Source: Trichosphaerium sp. ATCC 40318
Lineage: Eukaryota > Protista > Tubulinea
Length of the DNA: 64,000 nucleotides
Assembly (NCBI GenBank): GCA_038496445.1
Contig: JALMLS010000329.1
Location: forward strand, 124,001 to 188,000
Direction: 5' to 3'
The position numbers and the translations under genes were made by a program. Below the pieces are notes generated by a model that saw only the letters and a program-made list of their open reading frames with translations, made no database searches and was not told where the DNA came from. Shown here one piece after another: positions 34,747 to 47,499 of this stretch (position 1 is its first letter; each line of letters begins with the position of its first letter).

Positions 34747-35971
34747 ATGGAAGGAGACCCAACGCCTCCGCGACCGTCAGTAGGTATAATACACCACCAG
34801 AGATTTTTAGCTAATTTTAGCCTAGTAAAGCTAAATGTTGGCGGTATTGTGTTTGTGACCACTAAACAGACTCTAACACAAGGAAACAAAGATACTGGAA
34901 GCTTTTTCACTGCGTTACTGTCTGGTAAGAATGTAGATTTGAAATTAGCGCTAACCTTCATCTGAGGGCGTATTTCTAGTGTGAAAGATGATAATGGCAA
35001 CATTTTAATCGATCGTAGTGGAAAACTGTTTGAACCAATACTTAATTACTTGCGAACAGGCTCACTAGACGTATGTCAACACCATACAATAGCCATTTCG
35101 CCTAACTGATCAAAAATAAGTTACCACAAGACATAAACACATCAATGATAGAAAGAGAGGCACAATTCTATTTACTGGATGATTTATTACAATACCTGAA
35201 AGTATGACGCTGATTTAAACAATTTGCGCTGAAAAACTCTTAGGCTATTAAAGACGAAGAAGAAAAGCAAGAACAACAGTCACAGAGGATCCGACACGAT
35301 GGGTAAGCACTTTATAAATAGTTTGGGCATAAACACGCCAAGCGACGTCACCTTTTATCTGAAAAGAATTTGCAACCGATTTTTTTTCTTTGGTTGATTT
35401 TCAAGTAATCCGTCTGATAGAGCGTTAGACTCATCTGATCGATGGTGTAAACGTTATTAGCATTGTCTAATTATCTCTTTAGGTTCTATTTTCATAAAGC
35501 TGGATGTAGTATCGCCTTTCTAGAAGACAATAAGATTGTTGTCCTTTCAGGACAAGCTCAGAATATGCTTCTATTCCACAAGTTCACTCCTTTTCCCAAG
35601 CTTATTTCTCAAGGCTCATGCGCTCAGGATTACGCTACTTTTGTAACAAAGCGTGTAAAGAGGGGATATTATACAGCGGTATATTTTTTAGACAAAAACA
35701 ACACGTGATAAACGTGGCATCTTGTTCAAAGATTTTTTTGATAATTTTTTTTCAAGGATGGAAATGCTTTAACTCTTAAGCTTAGTACTGCTGAAGCAGA
35801 TGCTTATGGGTGTGTTTCAGATAATTGCTTGTACCTTACTGTACGCATACTTTGTTAATTTAAGCTGACGTGTTTTTGTTTAAGCCTTCTGGACGTTTTG
35901 GAATGAAGGAGTTTTTCCAAACTGTGATTCCCTATGATTCAGTTGAGATGTTTTCTTTTAAACCATGGTAG
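34747..35971 (+). CDS. KCTD-type BTB/POZ (BTB_2) domain protein, multi-exon
   Basis: [18 protein letters not shown]...FFTALLS|G...[27 protein letters not shown]...EREAQFYLL. An alternative ATG lies at 34717. Confidence 0.85.
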
Positions 35972-36506
35972 CCAACCCTTTTGAATGTATAATAAGTAAT
36001 ATTTATTTTACTTTTACGCTCTTGTCTTATGTTTTCTCTTTCTTATACCTAATCAAAAGAACTGTAACTGAGATTAGTTGTTTTGCGTACTTTGAATTGT
36101 ACCTGTTTTTTTGAAGAAAAAACGTAGTCTAGTCTTAATCTACACTCAGTTTTGGTAGTGAACATGCAGTGCCTACACATCCGTTGCAGTGAATGAGACC
36201 ATAGGGATATTACTGGTTCTTAATGCCTTTTAAACCACCATAGAAGTTCTCGCCAAAACCTAGTTAAAAAAGAACAAAATAACATTCTGGATTATGGGGC
36301 TCCCAATAGCGTATTCACCTATTTCAGTGCAGAAACTCCAAACTGTGGGTTTTTTCAAGAGGTCAGTGTGCAGTCATGTGTTCAATAAAGTCTTGTGAAA
36401 CACCAAAAATTCAACAAATTCATGTGAATTTAGGTAACACGTTCACGTGGGACACAACCCGCCGCAAACATCAAATATATCAAAAAACACAATAACCACA
36501 AAGATA

Positions 36507-37037
36507 ATGACAACAACAACTCCTCCTCACGACTATGACAGTGTATTGAAATACATGAAAGATAACTTCAAAGTGGATTGTCCAAACTTAGCCAAACATT
36601 GGTGTCAATCTCCATCAGGACTTATCATTCTCGAATCATTAAAGTCCATCATTGAAAGATCATCTCTTGGATCTCAAGATGTTCATGTTGTATTCGCTGT
36701 TGCTTCTGGTTTGAACAGTTGTAACTATTGTCTCGACTTTCATTCATTGGCTGCTCAGTTGTCTCCAAAAGACGCTAAGGCTCTGATGGATGGGAATGTA
36801 TTCGAATCAAAGAGGATGTTAATAGAAGCTACAAGATGTTTGTATGAGTCTCATGGACGTCCAACAGCATTGTTTTCATCAAAGTTCGGAAAGCTGGATA
36901 CAGCAAAGGTGCATGATATTTGCTACATTATTGGATTGTCTGCTTCTGCAAACTACATCAACCATCAAGGTATGCCTCAGAATGAAGAATGGATGGTTTC
37001 TGGTATTAACGAGATCAACAAATGCTTGGTTGAATGA
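36507..37037 (+). CDS. AhpD / carboxymuconolactone-decarboxylase-family peroxidase-like protein, intronless
   Basis: FAVASGLNSCNYCLDFH carries the AhpD CxxCxxxH motif. First ATG is at 36507. Confidence 0.75.
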   Translation: MTTTTPPHDYDSVLKYMKDNFKVDCPNLAKHWCQSPSGLIILESLKSIIERSSLGSQDVHVVFAVASGLNSCNYCLDFHSLAAQLSPKDAKALMDGNVFESKRMLIEATRCLYESHGRPTALFSSKFGKLDTAKVHDICYIIGLSASANYINHQGMPQNEEWMVSGINEINKCLVE

Positions 37038-37679
37038 ATGATCATACGTATGGCACGACAGAAACAAGTCAGCATTGAGTGTAATAGTACACAATAAACG
37101 ACTTTTTCTATTTCACTTATCTGTCTCCAAAGCTTTGTTTAGTGGAACTCAACAGGTTAATTTACTTGTTTGAAGTGTTCAATTCACCATACAAAGGTCT
37201 CACACTGAGAAAGTTTTGTTTGGTGTTACCCGCAGTGTCGTTTACAGTCAGCATCACGTGATTGTAACTAATTCATCAAATCATATACTATAGACCCGGG
37301 TTGAAGCAAATATCACTAGAGATGTTGACACGTATACTACATTATCTGTACAAAACAACGTATCAAAAAAAAAAAGCAACATTAGTTTCTCATTGTTTCA
37401 ACAATGCTATTTGTCATCTTATTGGTCAAAAAAAAAAGTCCCAGTTGTAAATGAAAGTCGATATTGGTCCTTAGATGGTATCTGTGTACAACACTTGAAG
37501 TTAATGTGGTTTAAATGTGCGCGTGTGTTATATTTGCAATTTATTAAACATAACCCAAATCATCTCAAACAGTTGGTACAAATGTACCTTTATCTGTTTA
37601 GTTTCATAATAATGTTCAAACTGCAAAAAAAAAAAAACTACTCTTTGACAACATCTGTCTTTCTCACGTGATCTATACT

Positions 37680-40600
37680 TTAAATCTCTTCTTTATGAAC
37701 CCCAGCGACTTTTGGGCTTTCCCCCACCCAATTAAAAGTGCAGGTCACCCAAGCTAGTGTAGTTGTTAGAACGGGAAAGCGAAGAGAACATAGAGAAAAA
37801 AGTGTGTTGACGAGATAGGAAGGCTTACTCTGATTAAGGTTGTTGTATCTATCTTCCATACATCTCCATTGTTTTCTTTCAATAGTGCCACAAGCTCACC
37901 TGCTGCCATAGGGTCTTGTCTACCTGCTCCACCGTATAGATTTTGCTCTGAAGGTTTTGTAGTTAAGAAGAAAGATACGTCTCTTCCAGGGCGAGCTACG
38001 AGTACACCTAATAGAGGTCAAACAAGTCTACGAAAAAAGGAAAACCAATTGCTACCAATCTGTTTAAAGACAAGGTGTTAAACGTCAACAAAAACTGTTG
38101 ATTTATATTTTTTTGGTTGAAGTCACGTGATGCAGACGCAGAGGAAGAAACGAGGTTTTAACTAATACATACTGTACTCAGAAATGCCATGTTTTGTATT
38201 TGGCCGTTGAGAGATATAGCAGTTATGATACTTTGCAAGAGACAAACAAGGATCAACAAAGTTAGGTATTGGGTTAACCCAATCATCATCTTGATCACAC
38301 GTGTATACAACCTAAAGAAAATACATATCACGTGAGTTTAATCAAAAAGGAAGTTTGTTACCTTGTCATCAAATGTTTCTTTTTTAACTTGTGGCTCGCA
38401 GTCACCCAAGTCGTCTTCTGCTAAATGAGGGTGTGTCTCTGAAACAGCATTCTAAAGGTAGCTGGTCAGTATTTTGGGTACCTGGAAGAAGTTGTAGTGT
38501 ACATAAACAGGTAAAGGTAGAGGTATAACTTGGTTCGAAGGTGTATCGTTTTCTCCACTACAAGCAAAAACCTTCGCGTATGAACCAATGGCATCAACTA
38601 CTGGCTTCCATCTGTTGAGTATTACCTTTTTTTGGATATTAGCTAAAAGTGGCAGCTATGCTTTGAGATGTACCTGATCCATAACGTCTCTGTCTCCTCT
38701 GTAAAATACAAGAACAGTACAAGGTTGCTTCAATAACCAGTAAGTTTTCTTGATTGTTAACATAACCTCAGTGTACCTGTTGAACCTGCCACTCCCACCA
38801 TGAAAGTGGGTTACCAAAAAGAGACACCAAAGAAGAAGTGTCTTTCGCAGCTTCGATGGCTGAAGCTGAAGGTGTGAGGCTGATACTCTTGATAGTTCGT
38901 TAGTACAAACAATCTTTAAAGATGCACACTCACTCTTGGGATTTTCCCCATTACTGAGAATCCAGGTCCAGGACAATAGACTTGAACAAACGAAAGCGTC
39001 TTACCACTCTTTCCCTTCCTGACACCACCTAATAAAATGTCAGCATCACGTGATTATTTAGACACAAGGTTTCTTCGCATACCAGCCACAAACGTGATAG
39101 CCTTTTTGTTTTTGGTTACTGAGATAGGCACTGGTAGACCTTTAAGAGAAAATCCCATAGCAGTTCTGTATCCGTTATGGAAGTTCAAGTCAACAAACCG
39201 AAGTACTCCCTACAACAAAGAACGTGTTAGCTTTTTTCTTTGTTTTAATTCTGTTCTACTTTTGTTATTGCTTACGCTTTTTGTTACAGTGGCTATGCCA
39301 CGTGATATACGTTTCATATATTTTATGGGATCTGCAGTAGACCAATCAAAAGCTAACAGTGAAGTAACTTTTGGTGTTGAAGATTTCAGTTTTTTAGCTA
39401 TTTTGTGAGGAGCCTTTGAAAAATCCGTCAGTAGCTCTCCCTATATTGAACTGAGTATTAACAGCTGTGAACCATTTGTCTTACTGTGTATGAACTACGA
39501 TAGTGAACTTCTCCATATAAGTTACCTGTGAACAAGCCAGTATCATCAAACAGCATAGCAGTTATAGTCTTTTCAACGTCAACTACAGTGTGACCCTTTA
39601 AAACAAAATCAAAATTATTCGGAGGATGAGAACCCTGTACCTTCTCATCACCTTTGTCTTCAACATACGTGTTTGTATCAAATATTTCAAGCTTTCCAGA
39701 GGAGGAAGCAGCAACTTGACTTCCATGTTGTGCTAGAGAAACCCAATTTTCACCCATCAAATTTGGTGTTGCTTTGCATTTCAGTTTGAACTTCTAGAGT
39801 TAAGAGAGAGGTTAACACATAGTCTCAATTACCAAAAGCGTACTGATTTTAATCTCCATAATTGAAATTGATCACTGCCGCCCAAGAATAAAGTTTGTAG
39901 TGTGAGTTTGCAGAGGCTTATATTCAATCCTGTTCAAGTAGTAAATAACAGCTGGCATCAATAAATGGCTTCATAGTACCTTGCATAAATCCTGTCTCTG
40001 CTTTACCAACTATAGACAAGCTCTGGCGACGGCAAAGCACAAACTACATTGGTGTAAGCGAAGACTAAACACAATTACATCGAGTTAGCAAAGGAGTGTT
40101 GTGCCTCATGTTCATATAGAACAGACGTACATGTTTTCGTAGTAGAACACAGAAGTATCTACTGTTTGCAACAAATCCTCTAACAATTACTAATTTAAAG
40201 TGGTAAGCACGTGTCACGGATATTCAATATTAATAGTCGTACAATCGCCAGATGATTTTAGTTGTAATGGAGCTGAACCACCATTCTTTGAAGTCCTTGA
40301 TGAGCTTAGATTGGACTCTGTTTCAGACGTCATTTTTCGTTTTTCATTTTGCGTTGTTTGTAGGTCTTTCTTGTCCTTCTCTGATATCTTAAGGTCTTCG
40401 CACTTGGCTAATTGTATAGTATGTATACTCTTACTACGTGCATTGACCACCTACAGCCACCATGAGCCATCAGGTTGTGCCACTCGTCTTTTTTTTTTTC
40501 TTTTTTGACGTACTTTGACTATTGCGTCGTTGTATCCAACGAACAGAAGCGGATAATCAAATCTAATAACAGTAGCGCCTTTACGCTTTAGAATTATGAG

Positions 40601-40922
40601 TTCATCATAGCTACTGTCTTCATTTGAAGCACATAGTTTCGCAACTCCTTCTTTTGTCCTAGAAGCAATATTAATCGGTTAATAAAACGAGTATATATCC
40701 GTCAGAGCATGTTTGATGTTGTTTATTGCTTTCCCAAAAAATCATCGGATGAATCAAGTATCTCCGAGTGTAATTGACTTTAAGAACGTACAAGTATGCA
40801 AAATAACCACCATATCCAACTTCAATCTGACTAAAACTTTCGTCTGTGAGCTTCACTTTAAAATCTGAATCAACCTTCCATTTGAGTGGGTATATTCTTT
40901 TCTCCTTCGGTTTATCACCCAT
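37680..40922 (-). CDS. Uncharacterised multi-exon protein, N-terminal half beta-propeller (WD40-like)
   Basis: Chain of in-phase exons from MGDKPKEKRIYPLKW. Propeller-like strings WVSLAQHGSQVAASSSGKLEIFD and ITAMLFDDTGLFTGNLYGEVHY. May be two genes. Confidence 0.5.
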
Positions 40923-41510
40923 GTGTGAGGTGCGTGGGTTTTGTTTAAATTGATTGGTCTTAATTAAAACAGTTGATTGACGCTAGTTGACGAGATCTCG
41001 TTCAAACAATTTCGGCGTTTTTTTCATTTTTTAGTCGAAAAATATGTTTTTGTTAGAAAACACAAGGTACCTTTTTGTAGTTTTTAAATTAGTATTCAAA
41101 GATCTCATACTACCTTTCAAAAACTTCCAGATGATGAACTATCGTTTGTCGTGTAATGTCTGCGCTGATTTCTTACTTTTTTCGTAACTCTCATTTTTTA
41201 GGACCTTAGCAGTTTCTTGTATGCAAGTGAATTACATGACATTTCAGTAAAGGTAAATACGAAATCATACACGAGTATACAGTTTTTAACACAATTTAAG
41301 GGCGTTATACAGGCATAGTTGCAAAAAAACAGTTTATTACAAAAGGGCAATTACAGTGTCTTCAGAACCTTGCATGTGACTGGTTCTAGCTTCAAGTAGA
41401 GATTCTGTAGCGTTACATTGGTGCTCACTGCAACCCATGGATTATTAAACGAGTTTTTAAACAAATCTGGGTTTTTGCTGTATTTATTCAACAAATTTGA
41501 TCCATCTTAT

Positions 41511-43220
41511 CTAACCGTAACTTCCTATCCCATACAACTTCATTATCTTTCTTAACATATAGTACACGATGCATAGGAATATCTGACTGACTAAATACAA
41601 GAGCTTAGCAAAAAAACCCCAAAACCCACGTGACTTGTTCACGAACAAAAAAACATGGAAAAAAAAAAGTTGTTCTGTTGGAAGTTGAACAAGCATACCT
41701 CATAAACTCTTCATATGGTACTTCTGTAGGACCTACAAATCTATCTCTGTAGCAAACAATCCAATCGAAATTAATAAATTTAGTATCCCATTTTATTCTA
41801 CTCAAGATTTCTGCAGCAGGCGTAAGACGCTCTTTAGTAGTAGGTAATGAATCAACCCCTAATGAATATATCACTGATGGATTACGTCATTTAAATAAGT
41901 TTGGATTGTACTTGATCGACGCTCTGCATGTTCATCCAGCACTGCTTTTGTAACATTTTGAATATGCTTTGAAAAAGTAAGTAACAACATCCCGCGAAAT
42001 TCCAAGGTTACCTTGAATCTGTCTGGTCCTAGTTTTTTACCTCCATACCTATACATCCATAAGTAATTTAGAATGCATAATTGAGTAGTAAGGATAACAA
42101 TCAAAGGATATACCATCGCGTAACAACCTACAAACATTTTTAGAAAGAAACCAATAAAAAAAACTAAAGTTAAAGTACCACAAGAACACCGAGTTCTTTG
42201 CGTAACTGAAGTGTCTTCAATATAGTATCACCACCACCATGTTCTCCATCGTCATCTCTGTATTCAGCCTAAATTAAAAACATAAAAAACCGCACGTGCA
42301 AAACATCCACGGCGTACAATTGTTTGATTTTTCTTCCGCAATCTGTAGGCATACATGTTGTGTGTTGCAGCGTTTATCCTCTTATCACTTAAAAGATCAT
42401 CCATAACAGAATCTACTTCGTCCGTGGATTGGACAACAGCCAAGTGAGCAAGGAACCGACCTTACCACTATTGTTAAAAAAATATGAAACTTTTTCAATG
42501 AATCAAAAGCTATCTCACTTTTTCTATCAGTCACTGCTTGACCTACCCACGTTTCAACGTGTGGTGGTTGTTCTGTAGAATCTTCTTCATTTTCTGTTTG
42601 CACTGGTTCCATTACTGCCTCAGGAGCTTTCTTGGGCTTCGATTTCCTCATGTAATGTGGTGTTATTGATTCTTCTGTTTCACCCAAATGATCAAGCAAT
42701 TCTTCTCTCAACCATTCTATCCACTCGTACACTGTTCCTTGAGGTTCATTTTCGTTTGAAATATCTGTAAGCTTCTCTGATACCTTTGTTTAAACGTGTT
42801 AGATAGTAGTTGTCAGTGTCAACACCGTTTTAAGCTTTTTCTTAACTCACCTTGTCTAAATGTTCTCTGGACATCCACTCAGCGTTTATCTATACGTGAG
42901 AGGAGTTATTACGCAGTTTCAATTATTAAACGTGTCATTGCCTTGTAGGTTGGTGTGGAATTAGGGAAATCGTCACTGTACAGCCAACTAAACTCTATTA
43001 CAAGGTCTTCTGTCACCTTGACGTTTATCTAACGTAATTAGCGTATTTTAAGCATTAGAAAGCTTATAAGGGTACCCCATAGCTTTTTTGATCGTTAACG
43101 ATAAGTTCTTCGCCGTATACTGCTTGTAACGTTTCTATTTCTTCAAGTTGCTCTTCGCACGCTAAACTCCACTTATTACACTTTATTAAAATGTAGTCAA
43201 TGCATACCGGGCTCCGCCAT
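41511..43220 (-). CDS. IMPACT: IMPACT-family protein (RWD + UPF0029) with C-terminal MJ1316/DUF504 domain
   Basis: MAEPACEEQLEEIETLQAVY (RWD); VTDRKS.FLAH, INAATHNMYAYR, DDDGEHGGG, RYGGKKLGPDRFKHI (IMPACT ancient domain); then AAEILSRIKWD...VCYRDRFVG...DIPMHRVLYVKKDNEVVWDRK (MJ1316). Confidence 0.85.
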
Positions 43221-44789
43221 GGCACAAACGAGTCGTTTTGTGAAGTTGTGACTTAATTTAGGTACACAAAGTGGTTTGTGAAAATGACATTGTGTTTCGT
43301 GCCTGGTATTATTGCTTCTTCAGTATTATATGTTACTGTATGTTAACAACAGGTAGTACAAAGATACCTTTTAATAGCCCTTAGTCTACAACATCCATGT
43401 GCAACACCAGCTTGTTGCCGAATACAAGATGGAAAACTAACTTAGATTTTAAATTGTTATTGTATCACAATCCATTTTCAAATTTACCCACTTTCCAACC
43501 TGTTGATTTTAGGATTCCAAGAGTTCTACAATTGTTGATATAACCCTTCGCATTTCACGACACAGAAATTTCGCTTAGTAATTTTATCACGATGACTGTG
43601 CAAGTGCAAGATCTGTTGATAGCTGTTATTGAGCTATCAGTATTTTATGGTAAGCTGTTGAAGGGCTACCTACAAAGTGTTGTGTATTCATGTGTAGTGA
43701 TGATATGAAAAAGGTGTCGACTTGAATGACTTTTAGGTACTCAAACGGCTAAACCGAAAAGCTCTTTGGAATTGTGTTGGTAAGATGCTTGTGGTATCAC
43801 GCCCACAGCTGCCAAAGATTATTAACTAACCCAAAGACAGGACAAGTGTATTTAATGTCCTGGTAGGTGGTTAAAAATGAAGTTAGAATAGCTGCATTGG
43901 ACTCTTCCCTCCATGTCTACTATATTACCAGCTGTAAACAAACATGCGCCTTGATTGTTCTCCCTTGGAGGTGAACCTGCGCTTTCACTCATTTGTAAGA
44001 CATATTACTGTGATTTTACTAAAAAACGACTTCAACTTGAACCTATTTTTTTATTGTTTGCAAAGACCGTTTTAAAAGCCGTTTTGGTATCATCTCTATT
44101 CATGTGATTACTAAACCATTGCTGGCGACTAGCACGTGGTTGAATAGTTAGACGAACGTCTATAGCTCCATGATTCTTCATATTAACACTCCGCACTGGT
44201 ATGGATCCTACATTGTCAGATTGTGCAAGAAAGAATCATAGCAACTGTGTGGCTCTCTTTTACGCTATTGTGAAAGATGCCTGTTGCCTATCTTATGTCT
44301 GGGTGGTTCTAGTATACCTTGAACTTCCGCGTAGTCACTGTCTAAAATAGAAAGAAGGAGGTTTGTGGCGTTTACCCGGAAGTTGATCTGTGGGTGTAAA
44401 AAAGAGGTGTGAATGGTTCCTGATAGGAGCGAGAAACTAAGAGTGGGATCTTATTGGGTGATTCTCTTAATTACACAAAAAATGAAGCTATTGTAATCAA
44501 ATAGGTTTAAAACGCATTAGAGTAGAACCTCATATTGCTTTTGTGTGCTATTGGGATGGATCCGGAACTTAACGGGCTTGACGTCGTAAACTACCAAAAA
44601 GTGTCAAGAAACAACGGGTATTGTTATTGAGAAGTACTACAGGCGTAGAAAATGAGCCCACTAGGAGTTTGAAGACATTTAAACAACAGAAGAATACACG
44701 AAAACAATACTGCAAAAAAATGGAAAGTCTGACTTAACTGTTGCAATAAAACTTGTTTAGTTTCATTTATCGATTACTTGACAACTAGA

Positions 44790-47374
44790 ATGACACCTCA
44801 ACGTATTCTATTTGTTGCACTACTTGGTACAAACACTAAAACAAACCCGCGTAGACGACAATAACTAACTTTATAAATAAAATAGGCTTGCTAGCCTTAA
44901 GCATTGAATGTACACGCGCTCACGAACATAGACATCACTCAGGTTCGAGATTAGTTTCTATTTTAATAAAACAACTTCAACTCGCTTCGGAAGGTGTTAG
45001 CTTACTCTACAATAGGTCATGTTTGCGGTGAGACTTTTAAACATACAAAGTCCGTAACGCACCTTGACGGCAATATATTTGGTCAATCTTCGAGTCGCCG
45101 TAGCCTCAAAAGGTATACTACCGAATAGTAGCACTTTGTAGTCCATTATTGCTAACCATGTCATTAGAAACACTGAACAGCAAACAGGCTTGACAATTAA
45201 CGTCACATATGGACCAACAATGCTTTTAGTACGTCATTAGAAAAGATTTAAGAGTTGCAGAGCCATTTTTAGACATTATTTTCTTATGTTTGTGCTTAGC
45301 CCGAAAATGTCGAATATGTTAATACAATGAACCAAGCGTTAGCAGTGCTTGTACGTCCTCTTTTGTGTTTTTTTTTTCTTTTTTTCTGAATATTTGACAT
45401 AAAAACGCCCGAAATGAGAAACAAGGCTGACATTACTTTAGAACAGCGTCATTATGAGTATTCCTCATACTATACGCTTGACATTAAAGTTTGACGCTAA
45501 TATAACAGATAATACTACCCTTGGGCTAACTAACTCTAACGCCTTTGTTGTGGAATCAGCTGAGTACATGTATGTAAAAAAACCAAACTGCTCTTACTGT
45601 TTTTCTCATCTCCATTATAGGACTCAATTGTCTTTGTTCAACGAGAACGCAACTTTTCCATCTTCTTTCACTAACATAACTGCTAATTATCCAACAGTAC
45701 GTCTTTGTAATTCATTCACAAACTATTTTTTTTTTGGATATTGTTTCTTTTTTTTTTTTTCTTCATCTGGGGCCTTGTTTGTCATCAAAAAAACTCGAAG
45801 GTATCTTTATGGTAAAACGAAAATAGACTTTCATGTGATGGGATTGTAAAAATGGTTCGATGGTGTCGATCATTGTTTACAGGTTGGGGTATTCACGGCT
45901 TTTTTTGGAGTTTTTTTGAAAATAGCATAAAAATGTAGTTTGCTTTTTTGTAACTTTTATTGTAGAACTTTACAACATCAAATAATATCATGTTCAATCT
46001 TGCTTCTGTAAAAGCTATCACAACAGGTGTTTTGCCTCCAGGTCTTGATACCACTGATCCGGATGCTATTATTACTTTGAACCCAAAATTTAAGTTTGAC
46101 ACTGATATTTCTGATGGTGTTGATGCTGTGCGTGTTTTGTTTTTGTTTGTTTTGAGTGGCCGATTATCTGTGGATTTAATCTAAATATTGTTTAGTCTTC
46201 TACTTGTTTATTGACTGTGCTAATACACGAGATTGGACATGCTTTGGGATTTGATTCCAACTTGGATAACAGTATGTAGAACATGTGCTTTGGAAGTCTA
46301 TTGTTTTCTTCTAATACGATGACTTTAGTTGAGGCTATAAAGAATCCAGTCGCTGGAACTGAGACCACCATGGCTATTATTGATATTTTCCGTGTTGATG
46401 AGTTGACTACTACTCCACCTGATACATTTGTTACAGCAAAAAGACAGTGGGCACCAGGTACAATATTAAAGAGCTTGTTTTTTTTCTTCTTGTCGCTTAC
46501 AGTTTTTGTCTTTAGCGCAGGAGGCTTTGTTTTTCCACCCTGTGGAAGGTATTCAAGACGAAGCTGCATTTTCTACTGGTGCAAGTGGTGATGGACATCA
46601 ATCAAGTCATTGGAAGGTTAGTAAACAACAAAACCTGGATTTGAATATTAACTTGGTTCTTTAAAAAGGATAACCTTGAGATTGGTATTATGGATCCTAC
46701 TATTGGTGACGGAGAAATTACAGGTATTACAGACGTAGATTTATTAGCTTTTGATGCTATTGGTTTCCGTATTAATGGTACGTGATGTGACAAGACTATT
46801 TTTCTCATGCTTTCGTTGTTTTTCTGACTCTTTTTCTTAAACAGAAAATGTGAAACCGTACATTTCCTATGTAAATGCTACATCTGGCGTAGAAGGTGAT
46901 AAAATAACTATTTATGGATACTTTTTTTACGGAGATGTGACTTGTAAATTTGGTTCTGTAAGCAGTGCAGTTGGAACAGTCTCAGCAACACTAGGACAAT
47001 TGGTACGGTTTTTTTTTTGTCCGCAATAATTTTAAGATTGTTTAATTAACTTTTTTGTTTCAAAGGAATGTGTTGTGCCAGCAACTACTGTAGCATCATC
47101 AACTATCGCTGTAGTATCAAGAAGCATTACATCCGATACAAAACCATTTACCATTGCTGGACCGCCAACAACATCTGCTCCAACCATGCCTGTAGGTCCA
47201 ACAGCAGCGCCAACAACGACTGTTGCTCCAACAACTGCACCTACAGCTGCGCCAGTTGCTCCAACAATGCCTGTTGCTCCAACCATGCCTGTAGCTCCTA
47301 CTTCAGCGTCTGCACACACCATAGTATCTGTATTATTAGTAACTTTGTTCCTATGCTTAGCTACTATTGCTTAA
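44790..47374 (+). CDS. Secreted zinc metalloprotease (HExxH zincin, bacterial NF038122-like) with IPT-like domain, Pro/Thr stalk and probable GPI signal, multi-exon
   Basis: Signal peptide MTPQRILFVALLGLLALSIECT; prodomain HVCG and RRSLKR; LIHEIGHALGF; DGHQSSHWKDNLEIGIMDPT...DLLAFDAIGF; APTMPV repeats; hydrophobic C-terminus. Confidence 0.8.
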
Positions 47375-47499
47375 ACATATTGTCTAATAAATATGATTTA
47401 TTTACAAAAAAAAGCATTCTTGTTCTTCATTAAGAGCCTCTAGTTCTACATTGACAAAAAAAACCAAAGAAATCGAATAACAAGTTATTGAGCTTCCAT

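Noticed and set aside
43300-44700. Possible gene remnants between IMPACT and the metalloprotease
   Set aside because: Only short frames with weak resemblance to anything; not supportable by eye.
47170-47305. Repeated GCTCCAAC(A/C)ATGCCTGT units as a CRISPR-like array
   Set aside because: They are coding APTMPV repeats of the protease stalk, with no unique spacers.
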